From assembly GCA_048938025.1 (NCBI GenBank), contig JBHLMP010000018.1, forward strand, positions 28,014-58,056: DNA of 30,043 bases. Reading direction: 5' to 3'. The notes beneath the pieces are model-generated. The model ran no database searches. It was not told the DNA's origin and saw only the letters and a list, made by a program, of their open reading frames with translations. The stretch is from Promethearchaeota archaeon (GTDB taxonomy: Archaea; Asgardarchaeota; Lokiarchaeia; Sigyniarchaeales; SOKP01). Each line of letters begins with the position of its first letter. Position 1 is the first letter of the stretch. Positions 1-9,975 of this stretch are shown here, one piece after another. The position numbers and the translations under genes were made by a program.

Positions 1-133
1 ATAATTCTCGAAATTTTCATGAAAACTATGATGTAGGTAATATTCTATTTTTAAAATATTTGTATCTAAAATAAAATATAAAATTTACCCTAAAAAAAAG
101 ATTTTAATACATTATTGAAAAAAAGATTTGTTC

Positions 134-238
134 TGTTGTAAAGCACAAAAAGTTTTTTACAACAATAACATTTAAATACTAGAAAATCAAATATTATTAT
201 ATATTTGGACACAAAAAAATTTATAATTGTGTGCCAAA
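134..238. promoter_or_regulatory. Upstream region of tfb with two inverted repeats and TATA-like boxes
   Basis: TGTTGTAAA(134-142)-N13-TTTACAACA(156-164) is a perfect 9-bp inverted repeat. TTTGGACACAA...TTGTGTGCCAAA (204-238) is an imperfect inverted repeat flanking TTTATAA. TTTAAATA lies at 171-178. Function is inferred. Confidence 0.35.
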
Positions 239-347
239 AATTTCAGTCTCTAGAATTGTGTGTGTAGAAAATATTAATCTCGTAATAAAAAAGAATAACA
301 AATTTTTAATATATAAAATCTAATAATTAGGGTTAAGGTAAGAGTTT

Positions 348-1238
348 ATGGTTGTAGAGATAAAACCTCAGGCGTCCTTTTGTCCAGAGTGTGGGGGTGG
401 CACGATCTCAGTCCATCAGAGAGGGGAGATAGTATGTCAGCAATGTGGCTTGGTTATAGCAGAAAAAGAAGTAGATATTTCCCATAGCGGAATAAGGGCG
501 TATTCTAAACAAGAAAAAGATAAAAAAGAAAGAACAGGATGTCCAATTTCGATTTTGATGCCAGACATTGGGTTAAGTACGATTATCGATCGATCAAAAA
601 TTAAGAATCCAGATTTAAGGAGAGCAGCGAAGTGGAATACGCACTTATCATGGGAAAAGCGGAATATGCTTATTGCGATAACTGAGTTAAAAAGAATTGG
701 TGGGAATTTAAATTTTCCAGAGCGTGTAAAGAAAGCAGCTGTTCGGTTATATAAGGAAGTTTTTAAAAGGAATTTATTACGTGGAAGATCTATTAATGGC
801 ATGATTGCGGCATGTGCATATTTTGTGTGTAAGCAAGAAAAGGTTCCGATAACTCTTCAAGAAATTTTAGATGAGGCATCTATAAACGATAATATTGTGA
901 AGAAATGCTATAAAATTTTAGTAAGAGAATTGAACTTAAAATCTCCACATGTTGATCCCGTTTCACTTATTCCAAGGTATTGTGCCGACTTAGGGTTAGA
1001 TATCAATATAGAAAAGGAAGCAATTAAAATATTGAAAGACTTTATTGAGAGGACATCGATTTGCGGTAAAGATCCGAAAGGTTTATGTGCTGGAGCGATA
1101 TATCTGGTTGCCAAACTTAAAAATCATAAGGTTAGTCAGAAAGATATTTCAAAAATTATCGGTGTTACAGAAGTAACATTACGTTCAAGATATAAAGAGC
1201 TTTTAAGAAATGTTAGTTTTACTTTTCAGGCATCCTAA
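348..1238 (+). CDS. tfb: Transcription initiation factor IIB (TFB)
   Basis: N-terminal Zn ribbon CPECG...CQQCG; two cyclin-fold repeats (LLRGRSI...AACAY, GKDPKGLCAGAIY); C-terminal HTH GVTEVTLRSRYKEL. Confidence 0.95.
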   Translation: MVVEIKPQASFCPECGGGTISVHQRGEIVCQQCGLVIAEKEVDISHSGIRAYSKQEKDKKERTGCPISILMPDIGLSTIIDRSKIKNPDLRRAAKWNTHLSWEKRNMLIAITELKRIGGNLNFPERVKKAAVRLYKEVFKRNLLRGRSINGMIAACAYFVCKQEKVPITLQEILDEASINDNIVKKCYKILVRELNLKSPHVDPVSLIPRYCADLGLDINIEKEAIKILKDFIERTSICGKDPKGLCAGAIYLVAKLKNHKVSQKDISKIIGVTEVTLRSRYKELLRNVSFTFQAS

Positions 1239-1257
1239 TTTATTAATTTTTTCCAAG

Positions 1258-2352
1258 TTAGATTTCTTTAGAATGCTCTAAAAACCAATTATTTGAATGT
1301 TGATAAAATATTTTATAAGCTTCACAAAAATAGGTTTTTCCAGGGTGAGGATTATCTGGAAAGATTCTATCCTTAATGCATCCTCCATAGCATAATTCCA
1401 GCCAGTTACAACTAAGACAATCTTTGTCTAGTTTTGCTTTAAGTTTTTTGAATGAGTTATCTCTCTTATTTTTTAGATTGCTTAAGTTCTCTTCGAGTAT
1501 GTTTCCGAGTTTACATGTTTGTTGCACGAAGAAATCACAGGGATAAACATCTCCATTCCATTCAATTAAGAGGTAATCCGCGCATTCTTTTTCAATAGTA
1601 CAGCACCCTTTAGGATAACCGTGATAATATGCGGATATACCATTGAAGGTTCTTATTGATGTTTGATTAGGATTTTTTTTCCATTCATCAAAGAGTTGGC
1701 ATAGGAATTTTCCATATTGAGTTGGGTTTATTGAAAATGACGCCTTTTTTTCATTATCACCTACTTCAAGAGCTGGGATAAATTGTAAGTAACTAAAATT
1801 ATTATCGAGAAAAAATTTATAAACCTCTTTTACCCGATTTACATTAGCTTTACTAATCACACAAAGAATATTGAATTCAACCTTATTTCGCTTTAAACAT
1901 TCAGCAGCGTTCATTACTTTTTGCCAGACAGATTTACCACCAATACTCTTTCTATAGCGATCATGAATATCTTTAGAACCATCAAGACTTAACCCTATTA
2001 AAAAACGAAATTTATGGAAAAATTTTCCCCATTCATTGTTGATAAGGATTCCGTTAGTTTGAAATGCATTTCCAATAATTTGCCCTGTTTTTCCATATTT
2101 TTGTTGAAGAGATACTACTTTTTTAAAAAATTCAAGTCCTGCTAATGTTGGTTCACCACCTTGCCATCCAAATATTGATTCATTAAAACGGAATTGTAAA
2201 AATTGAGCTATTATATATTCCAATACATCATTGCTCATTCGAGGATGAGTAATTTTGGGGTATTCATCTGCCACCCTTAAATAGAAGCAATAATTACATC
2301 TTAAATTACAAACAAAGGATACAGGTTTTATGAGTAATTGAAAAGGCTTCAC
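1258..2352 (-). CDS. Anaerobic sulfatase-maturating radical SAM/SPASM enzyme (anSME, AslB/ChuR family)
   Basis: IKPVSFVCNLRCNYCFY (CxxxCxxC), WQGGEPTL, QTNG, SLDG, and SPASM cysteines (GDVYPCDFFV, CLSCNWLELCYGGC, YFCEAYK); GTG start. Confidence 0.9.
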   Translation of the reverse strand: MKPFQLLIKPVSFVCNLRCNYCFYLRVADEYPKITHPRMSNDVLEYIIAQFLQFRFNESIFGWQGGEPTLAGLEFFKKVVSLQQKYGKTGQIIGNAFQTNGILINNEWGKFFHKFRFLIGLSLDGSKDIHDRYRKSIGGKSVWQKVMNAAECLKRNKVEFNILCVISKANVNRVKEVYKFFLDNNFSYLQFIPALEVGDNEKKASFSINPTQYGKFLCQLFDEWKKNPNQTSIRTFNGISAYYHGYPKGCCTIEKECADYLLIEWNGDVYPCDFFVQQTCKLGNILEENLSNLKNKRDNSFKKLKAKLDKDCLSCNWLELCYGGCIKDRIFPDNPHPGKTYFCEAYKIFYQHSNNWFLEHSKEI

Positions 2353-2428
2353 TTTGATATAAGAAATTTACAGGATAAAAATAATTTAACTTTTTATAAA
2401 GAAGTATTAAATAATCAGAATAAAAAGG

Positions 2429-3157
2429 TTAATTTTGATGACCTGTTCTTCGAGCAGCTATTTGTCCAACTTTCCTACCCGGAGGGGTGTTTCTGCTCGT
2501 TGTTGTAGGCTTGTGAGGAGATTGTTTAGCCCCACCACCATATGGATGTGACGCCGCAACCATGGCAACCCCTCTAACCACAGGCCATTTCTTAGCCTTA
2601 GACTTTTTGTAGTGAAACTTATTTCCTGCTTTGAGGAAGGGTTTATCTGTTCTTCCACCTCCAGCGACTACACCGACGGTGGCTAAGCAGGACTCATTAA
2701 TCCATTTGGTCTTCTTTGAACGAAAAAGCACTTCTACTTTATTACCAGATTTGTTCCTTACTATCGCCCCAACACCAGAAGCTCTAGCGAATTTTCCACC
2801 GTCTTGGGGTGTTGATTCAATATTAAATACAAGAGTACCTAAGGGCATTTTTTTAAGAGGTAAAATATTTCCAACACTTACAGTTTGACCATATCCGGTT
2901 TTAGATTGAATGAATTCTTCTCCTTCAAATACTCCTTCTGGAGGAAGCCATAGTCTCTTTTCACCATCATCATACTGGATTCGGGCTACTGGAGCACCTC
3001 TTCCCGGAGAATGAATAAGTTCTATTACTTTAAATTGGAAAGATTTCTCCTTTTGTTTGAATGGACGGTATTTAACTTCTCCTACATGCCTATGGCTCGG
3101 AGATCGTGCCCATAGATTTCCGTGACCTTTTCTTTGTGCTAATATTCGTTTTCCCAT
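2429..3157 (-). CDS. rpl2: 50S ribosomal protein uL2 (archaeal type)
   Basis: MGKRILAQRKG, HSPGRGAP, GGKFARASG, WPVVRGVAM...HPYGGG, PPGRKVGQIAARRTG. Confidence 0.97.
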   Translation of the reverse strand: MGKRILAQRKGHGNLWARSPSHRHVGEVKYRPFKQKEKSFQFKVIELIHSPGRGAPVARIQYDDGEKRLWLPPEGVFEGEEFIQSKTGYGQTVSVGNILPLKKMPLGTLVFNIESTPQDGGKFARASGVGAIVRNKSGNKVEVLFRSKKTKWINESCLATVGVVAGGGRTDKPFLKAGNKFHYKKSKAKKWPVVRGVAMVAASHPYGGGAKQSPHKPTTTSRNTPPGRKVGQIAARRTGHQN

Positions 3158-3290
3158 TTATTTCACGCAATGTTCTAGATACTTTTTTTAATTAATTAAA
3201 CTATAAATTTTTTATTATTTTCTTTAGCAATTTAATGAATTATAAAATGATTAAATCTTATATGGAATTACGCCTACTAAATTTACATTT

Positions 3291-4649
3291 TTACAGCTTC
3301 TTATCTTTTAGTAATTCATCTATATTATAATTAAAAGCAATAGGTAATTCTCGTTCTATGAATTCACCAGCTATATTTGTTAACAATAGTTTTTTAATTT
3401 CTTCAGGGTTGCTTGTTTGCCCTAATACCCAACCGAGTTTAACATATCCAACTTCTGGTAGTAAGTTTCTTCCAGGTATGACACCCATTTTTTGTAATTC
3501 TCTTCCAGTTGAATACACATTCATCCCTACAAATCCATGTAGAGTTTGTGTTGTCATAAGTAGAGTAATACCTTCTTGAATCGCTCTTTTTATTGAATCA
3601 TAAATAATTGTACCTACGTGGCCAAGTCCTGTACCGGCGAGCACAATTCCTTTATATCCTTTATCTATATAGAATTCTATTTGTTCGTTTTCTATTCCTG
3701 GATAAGAATAGATTAAGGCAACTTTTTTCTCAAAATTAATAAGAGCTTTTGTTTCAGATTGACTTCTTTTTTTGTAATTATCTTTAAACATTCTAATTTT
3801 CCTATTTTTAACTATTCCTAAAGGGATATCATCTATTGTTCGAAATGTATTTCTATAAGAAGAATGCATTTTTCTAACAAGTGTTCCTCTATGGATCAGT
3901 CCATAATCATGAGAAGTAGAACCTAGCATTGAAACAACAACTTCAGCAATATCAGAACTTGCAACAACTGCAGCATTTATAAGATTCAAAGCAGCATCCG
4001 AAGAGGGTCTATCTGAGCTTCTTTGGCTTCCGACTAACACTACAGGGATGGATAAATCTTTTAGCATAAAAGATAGAGCTGCTGAAGTAAAACTCATTGT
4101 ATCAGTTCCATGTCCAATCATAATGCCATCTATACCTGAATTAGCGACATCTTTAACTTTTTCTGCTAACATTTGCCAATATTCCGCTTTCATATTCTCT
4201 GATAGAATCTCGAACACTAATTCACATTCAAGATTACAAATTTCTGCTAATTCTGGGACAGCACTAAATAACTCACCAGGTGTAAAAGAAGGGATAACAG
4301 CACCAGTTGTGTAATCTAAACGTGAAGCAACAGTTCCCCCCGTTCCAAATAATTTCAAATTTGGTAAATCTTTATTTATTGGAAACTTTCTTTCTGGGAT
4401 TTTATATTTTGCTTCTCTTTTTCCGATTTTTTTGATGTCTTGAATATCAGAAATGTTAATCCCGACATTATAATTATTTTCCAACTTGATTTCAATATAT
4501 TCGGGAGAAGTATATTCGTATCGTGGCATTAATATTCCTTGTAAAGTTGTCTTATCAGTTTTTAGCTGAATAATATCCCAAATTTCAATTTTGAATTTTT
4601 TTAATAGTTGTCTTGCCTTCTCTTTATAACCTCTTAACTTATCTTCCAT
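3291..4649 (-). CDS. gatD: Glutamyl-tRNA(Gln) amidotransferase subunit D
   Basis: N-terminal GatD domain (KLENNYNVG); asparaginase motifs GTGGTVASRLDY, HGTDTM, GSQRSSDRPSSD; adjacent to gatE. Confidence 0.96.
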   Translation of the reverse strand: MEDKLRGYKEKARQLLKKFKIEIWDIIQLKTDKTTLQGILMPRYEYTSPEYIEIKLENNYNVGINISDIQDIKKIGKREAKYKIPERKFPINKDLPNLKLFGTGGTVASRLDYTTGAVIPSFTPGELFSAVPELAEICNLECELVFEILSENMKAEYWQMLAEKVKDVANSGIDGIMIGHGTDTMSFTSAALSFMLKDLSIPVVLVGSQRSSDRPSSDAALNLINAAVVASSDIAEVVVSMLGSTSHDYGLIHRGTLVRKMHSSYRNTFRTIDDIPLGIVKNRKIRMFKDNYKKRSQSETKALINFEKKVALIYSYPGIENEQIEFYIDKGYKGIVLAGTGLGHVGTIIYDSIKRAIQEGITLLMTTQTLHGFVGMNVYSTGRELQKMGVIPGRNLLPEVGYVKLGWVLGQTSNPEEIKKLLLTNIAGEFIERELPIAFNYNIDELLKDKKL

Positions 4650-4652
4650 TTA

Positions 4653-6569
4653 TTATATCTCCTCTAATTTTTTTGTTAAAGAATTTTTTAATTCCTTAGA
4701 AACTATTGCTCCATCTATTTTACCCCTCACTTCTTTCATAACTTCTCCCATTAAAGGTCCCATTGCTCTCATTTCCCTTTTTTTTATTATTTCTATATTT
4801 TTATTCACAATTTTTTCAATAATTTTCCTCAAATTATTTATAGAAATACTTTCAATGCTTAATTTTTCTTTAACCTGTTCAATAGTAAGATCTGGAAAAT
4901 CTGCCTTTATAATCATTATGTCTTCAATTGCTTCTTTTCCAACTCGTTTATTTTTTAGAGCTTTAAAAATTTCTTTATAATCTACATCAGTGATATTTTC
5001 TACTTTTTTACCATCTCGTCTAAGTGCCGTTGTTGTTTCTAATAATGTTGTTAAGATTATTAACGGATTATCAGGAAATATTTCAATCAATTCATTGAAA
5101 AGAGATAGTTTCCCATTAAAGATTAGATCTTTTATCATGCGATCTTCTACTTCATATTTTTTTGAATATTCTTTAATAGTTTCCCATGGATACTTCGGAA
5201 GATTTTTTCTAATTTTATCGATTTCTTTTTCTGTATTTATTATAGCTGGTGAATCTGTGTCAGGATATAACCGTGCTCCACCATGTAATTCCCTTAAGAA
5301 TTCTGTATTTCCATTTTCAAGAGCTCTTCGTGTCTCAGGGGGCACTCCTTTAAAGGCATATTTTACTCGATTTATTATAACATCCATAGCTTTCTCAATT
5401 TCTTGTTTAGATCCTAATAAAAGTACAAAACAATCATTTTCTTCAATTTTCAACCTTTTTTTAATATATTTGATACTCTCTTCAGAGAATTTATAATTTT
5501 TCAAATCTTCATCTGAATGAATTAGTCCTTTTAAGCCTGCTATAGATTTTACCTTACTACTTACTTCTGTTCCAAATCTATAATCTTCCATTAACTCTTT
5601 TCCAAAAATTCCCTTAAATCCTTTAAATGTAATACCGAACAGTTTCTTCCCAGATTTTATTCCCTTAACTATAAAATTCGATTTCGAATCTGCCATCATT
5701 TTAGTTAAATCAACAAGCTTTTCAGATACATCTTTTTCAGTTAAATTTCTAGTTGCTAATTCTTCTTTTATTTCTAATAACTTAATTTGACGTGAGATTT
5801 CATGATTAATCAAGGGAGGGATCCAACCTAATTTTTGTACTCCTTTTATTTCAGTCCGGGTTCCTGCTTTAATACTTACATTGATATCTTGTCTAATAGA
5901 GCCAAGTACTTTTTTCACATTAGTTGACCATAATAATAATCCAATTCGTTCAGCACATTCTCTACATTCATAAGGATTGTTTATATCTGGTTTAGTTGTA
6001 ACTTCTACCAGCGGAATTCCTAAACGATCTAGCCTAAAATAGTTATTTTTATTTTCAGTTTTTATTTTTCTTGCTGCCTCTTCTTCCAAACTTAAGATAT
6101 CTATTCTAATTTTTTTACCATTTTCAAGAGGTATAAATCCATCAGTCCCAAGTATCATAGTACGTTGAAAACCACACGGAACACTTCCATCTAAATAATT
6201 TTTTCGGCATACGTGCATCTCTTCAATAATATTCGCATTAAGAAGTAAGGCAAGTTGTAATGCAATGCTTTTTGCTTCTTCATTACAAAAAAATGGTGGA
6301 GTTTCATCAAGCTCATAAGTACAAATAACATCATTATACCCTTCATACACAATTCCCATACCTTTTTCGTATTCAGTTAGCATTGCCTTGTCATAAACTC
6401 CCATTTCCCCCAATACGGGACGCTGTGTTCGTGTTATAGTAAAATCTGGTTCACGGGTTCCCTGTAATTCAGCAGGACACCGACAGAATAGTTTTGTTTT
6501 TGTATCTAATTGCTGATGGATCTCAAGACCACAGATAAGCCCTAATTTTTCATAATTGAATTCTTCCAT
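4653..6569 (-). CDS. gatE: Glutamyl-tRNA(Gln) amidotransferase subunit E
   Basis: GLEIHQQLDT-KLFC, DGSVPCGFQRT, LEEEAARK, RLDRLGIPLVEV, GSIRQDINVSI, GLIHSDE insertion domain, GARLYPDTD, C-terminal Yqey-like GPLMGEVMKEVRGK. Confidence 0.96.
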   Translation of the reverse strand: MEEFNYEKLGLICGLEIHQQLDTKTKLFCRCPAELQGTREPDFTITRTQRPVLGEMGVYDKAMLTEYEKGMGIVYEGYNDVICTYELDETPPFFCNEEAKSIALQLALLLNANIIEEMHVCRKNYLDGSVPCGFQRTMILGTDGFIPLENGKKIRIDILSLEEEAARKIKTENKNNYFRLDRLGIPLVEVTTKPDINNPYECRECAERIGLLLWSTNVKKVLGSIRQDINVSIKAGTRTEIKGVQKLGWIPPLINHEISRQIKLLEIKEELATRNLTEKDVSEKLVDLTKMMADSKSNFIVKGIKSGKKLFGITFKGFKGIFGKELMEDYRFGTEVSSKVKSIAGLKGLIHSDEDLKNYKFSEESIKYIKKRLKIEENDCFVLLLGSKQEIEKAMDVIINRVKYAFKGVPPETRRALENGNTEFLRELHGGARLYPDTDSPAIINTEKEIDKIRKNLPKYPWETIKEYSKKYEVEDRMIKDLIFNGKLSLFNELIEIFPDNPLIILTTLLETTTALRRDGKKVENITDVDYKEIFKALKNKRVGKEAIEDIMIIKADFPDLTIEQVKEKLSIESISINNLRKIIEKIVNKNIEIIKKREMRAMGPLMGEVMKEVRGKIDGAIVSKELKNSLTKKLEEI

Positions 6570-6738
6570 ATTAATTCAAATTTTCTTTATTAAAATTATT
6601 GCTATAAGGAAATTATTTCATTACAGAATTTTAATGTAATGTATTGCAAATACAATATCTATTCAATTAATAAGATTTAAATTTATTTTCAATATTAAAT
6701 TAAATCTTAAGGTTCATGATTTATAAAGAAGTCTTTAA

Positions 6739-7824
6739 TTATAAAGTGAATTTCTCTAAATATAATCTGCCATTATCTTGAGAAATTTTTGAGTGTTTAG
6801 AGAGGAAATCTAACATTAATGTTCTTTCAGATACATTCTGAGTTTCTGATAATCTAATTTGAAATTCAAGGTTTTTTTCATTTTCAATGGAAATCCAATG
6901 CAATTTTTCAAAAAATCGTAAAATACATAAAAGAAACTCTTTTTGAGTACCAAACTTGTTAATTTCATTTTGTATTAAATTTATCCATTTTTCTCCTATA
7001 TTTCTATTACTAAAGTTTATGATTATATCTTTTTCTTCAGCCATTTTCATCCATAAATAATAAATCTTGTCATTAAGAATTCTATAATAATTTGTAATGA
7101 AAGAGAGGTTTTGTTCAATAAGTTCAAATCTTTCTTTTTTAGCAAAATCTTTTTTGAAAAGTAAATCTGTTTCTTTTAAATCAAATCTACAATATAATTC
7201 CGTATCTGAAAATGTAACGTCTGTGATTTTTGCGCCTAATATACCAAACACAGCGGCATTTAATTTACAATTTTCGAAAAATAGATTCTTGTAAATCCCA
7301 ATAAATTCGAAAATACCAGTAGCATAGTGAGAGTTTCTAGTTGTGAAAATATCTAATTTCATTTCTTTTGTTAAGTTGTTAGCTAAAAAAAATGTTTTTA
7401 TCATATTAAATCTATTTTTTAGTTCCTCATAATCCTGAGGCCTCACACCTCCTATAAACATCCTTCTTATCGCAAATAAAAAACGAGGTGTTTCTTTAAA
7501 TCTGAATGTTGTGTATCTATTTGATCTTACAGCCATCTCATAAAATGGAATAATACCTCTAAACGTGAATTGATCGAAGAAGTTCATTGTTTGACTATCG
7601 ACAAATCTTTCAAAATCGTCGAGAGTCTTTCCTTTCTCAAAACATTCCATTGATTTTTCCATAATATAATTATAAAATGATGAAATACTATTAAATCTCT
7701 TATCTTCAGGATCTTTACGATGGTTTACATTGACATATCTCTCAACCCAGTCTTTAAGAGCAGGAGATATTGATATTGTTTGTTGCGCTGTCTTTTTATT
7801 CGATAAATATTTTCTCGAAGTCAT
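6739..7824 (-). CDS. Hypothetical protein with possible N-terminal ribbon-helix-helix DNA-binding module
   Basis: 361-aa ATG ORF. The N-terminus QQTISISPALKDWVERYV...SISSFYNYIMEK has a strand-helix-helix pattern; the remainder is unrecognised. Confidence 0.6.
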   Translation of the reverse strand: MTSRKYLSNKKTAQQTISISPALKDWVERYVNVNHRKDPEDKRFNSISSFYNYIMEKSMECFEKGKTLDDFERFVDSQTMNFFDQFTFRGIIPFYEMAVRSNRYTTFRFKETPRFLFAIRRMFIGGVRPQDYEELKNRFNMIKTFFLANNLTKEMKLDIFTTRNSHYATGIFEFIGIYKNLFFENCKLNAAVFGILGAKITDVTFSDTELYCRFDLKETDLLFKKDFAKKERFELIEQNLSFITNYYRILNDKIYYLWMKMAEEKDIIINFSNRNIGEKWINLIQNEINKFGTQKEFLLCILRFFEKLHWISIENEKNLEFQIRLSETQNVSERTLMLDFLSKHSKISQDNGRLYLEKFTL

Positions 7825-8194
7825 GATTTATCATAATATGATTTTTTCAAAAATAGAATTATATAATTAATATATATTTAGTTATAATAAGTAAGAGTCT
7901 TTTAAATTTACGTAAAAAATACTAACAGATTTTTCTTTTTAAAAGTACAATTTTATTAGGGATATATTTTTATGCAAATTATTTTTATAATTATTAAATA
8001 TAATTAAGTTTTTATTGTTTTGAACCCAATTTTTCCTAATTGTATACTTTAAATATGATATGGTTCTACTTATTATTGTTTAAAATTCTACACTTAAATA
8101 AATGCTCCTGTCAAGAAGACCATTTTTTGAATAAAATCGGGGAGTAGGGTAATTCCAGGGATAAAGATGAAATCTAAAAGAAAAAATAACTAAC

Positions 8195-9826
8195 TTAATT
8201 TAATCGTTTTGAAACATAAGGCCCGTCAAGTTTATATCCTATTTCATAAAACCAATCCCTTGCTCCGATACCACTTATAACAGCTAATTTTTTTGTATCA
8301 AATTCTTGAAAAGCTATTTTTTCAGCATTTTTCATTAATAACTTTCCAAATCCTCGATGTTGAATTTGAGAATATCGATTTGGTTTCAAATCCTTTGGAA
8401 CAAGTTCTCCAACTACTTTGATTTCTCTTACTATCATTGTTTTTCCATCATTCAATTCCGGTCTATGAGCAAATTCGGAAGGCTTTCTCAATCGAAGATA
8501 ACCTACTAAAAAATTTTCCCGTTGGTTCTCGTATGATAGAAAAATCTCTTGTCCTTTGGATGCTTCATAATCTAGACGATATAGTTCAATTTCATCAAAA
8601 GTTGAATTTTTTTTAACTTTCTGAAGAAGAAACTGCCCATATTCCCTACATCGTATGCATTTGCAAACTTCATCCATTTCCTTTAATCTATCCTGAACTA
8701 ACTGTCTTAAATTACTATTTTTGCATCCTGCTTCGATTAAAGTAGCAGGAATATCTCTCATAATTCTTTGAATTCTTACATAAGGAGGAAGATTTATTTT
8801 GGCCATTGCGATTAAATTTATTAATTGATTATCTGAATAAGGAGAATATTTGCCTTCTTTCCACCAATTATACAATACAGTACCATTTATTACTAGGGTA
8901 GGGTAAATTTTTAACATATCTGGACGATAATTGGAATTTGAAAATAATTCATCAAATAATTCACCGTCCTGAGAATAATTGGAACCAGGTAGGTTGGGCA
9001 TTATATGGGCATTAATTTTTAAGCCAGCATCTTTGGCAATCCTTATTGCCTCAATGCTGTCATCAGTAGTGTGTCCTCTTCTAACTAAATCGTAAATTTC
9101 ATTATATACTGTCTGAATTCCGATCTCCACGCGAGTTGTTCCATAATTAAGCATTCTATCAACTTCGATTTCTTTACAATAATCAGGTCTGGTCTCAATC
9201 GTTATTCCTATTACTCTTCTCTTAGATTTTTCCGCAAGTTCTTTTGCTTTTTCAAGAGATGTAGTTTTTGAACCAATTATCCCCTCTAAAGCACCTTTAA
9301 CAAACTTTTCTTGATAACTGATATCAGAAGACAAGAAAGTTCCTCCCATAATAATCAATTCTATCTTGTCTATTTTATGACCTATAGCTTCTAAATCTCT
9401 TATCCTACTCTGAACTTGAAGGTAAGGGTCATAATTATTATGAATAGAACGCATGGCTGCTGGTTCTTGACCGGTGTATGATTGAGCAACTTTTTCTCCC
9501 GGTTGAGAGTCTTGCCCGGGACAATATATACAAGTACCAGGACAAGGAAGTGGTTTAGTCATAATGGCTATTACAGACACTCCTGATAAAGTCCTAGTTC
9601 GCCTTCTTTTAAGAATTTGAGTTATAATTTCTTGTTCTTCAGGAGTTGCATAATGGAGTATGGTTGCATTTTTTATTACTTTTTTATAATGATATTTCTT
9701 ACCTATTCTTCCTTTAATGTTTGTGATTTTTTCACGAGACACTTGAGGATTTTCCATTAAATATTCAATAATTTCTCTTGAAACTTTCCTAACTATTTCA
9801 ACGCTCTTAATTTCTGATGGAAGCAT
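8195..9826 (-). CDS. elp3: Elp3 tRNA uridine(34) acetyltransferase (radical SAM plus GNAT/KAT)
   Basis: RTLSGVSVIAIMTKP, CPGTCIYCPG, QSYTGQEPAAMR, GITIETRPD, LKIYPTLV, RIQRIMRD, CIRCRE, QHRGFGK, ISGIGAR. Start taken as the ATG at 9826; the ORF track uses a TTG at 9880. Confidence 0.95.
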   Translation of the reverse strand: MLPSEIKSVEIVRKVSREIIEYLMENPQVSREKITNIKGRIGKKYHYKKVIKNATILHYATPEEQEIITQILKRRRTRTLSGVSVIAIMTKPLPCPGTCIYCPGQDSQPGEKVAQSYTGQEPAAMRSIHNNYDPYLQVQSRIRDLEAIGHKIDKIELIIMGGTFLSSDISYQEKFVKGALEGIIGSKTTSLEKAKELAEKSKRRVIGITIETRPDYCKEIEVDRMLNYGTTRVEIGIQTVYNEIYDLVRRGHTTDDSIEAIRIAKDAGLKINAHIMPNLPGSNYSQDGELFDELFSNSNYRPDMLKIYPTLVINGTVLYNWWKEGKYSPYSDNQLINLIAMAKINLPPYVRIQRIMRDIPATLIEAGCKNSNLRQLVQDRLKEMDEVCKCIRCREYGQFLLQKVKKNSTFDEIELYRLDYEASKGQEIFLSYENQRENFLVGYLRLRKPSEFAHRPELNDGKTMIVREIKVVGELVPKDLKPNRYSQIQHRGFGKLLMKNAEKIAFQEFDTKKLAVISGIGARDWFYEIGYKLDGPYVSKRLN

Positions 9827-9975
9827 CTTAATTAAATTTAAAGTAGAGTTTACCGATTTTAAAAATTTAATATATCTCAAGTAATATATTAAGTCGTGAA
9901 GTTAATATTTTACGATATACCTATTATCTTAATAAAATCTTGAACTATTTTTTATATTTAATGTAAATATAGATC

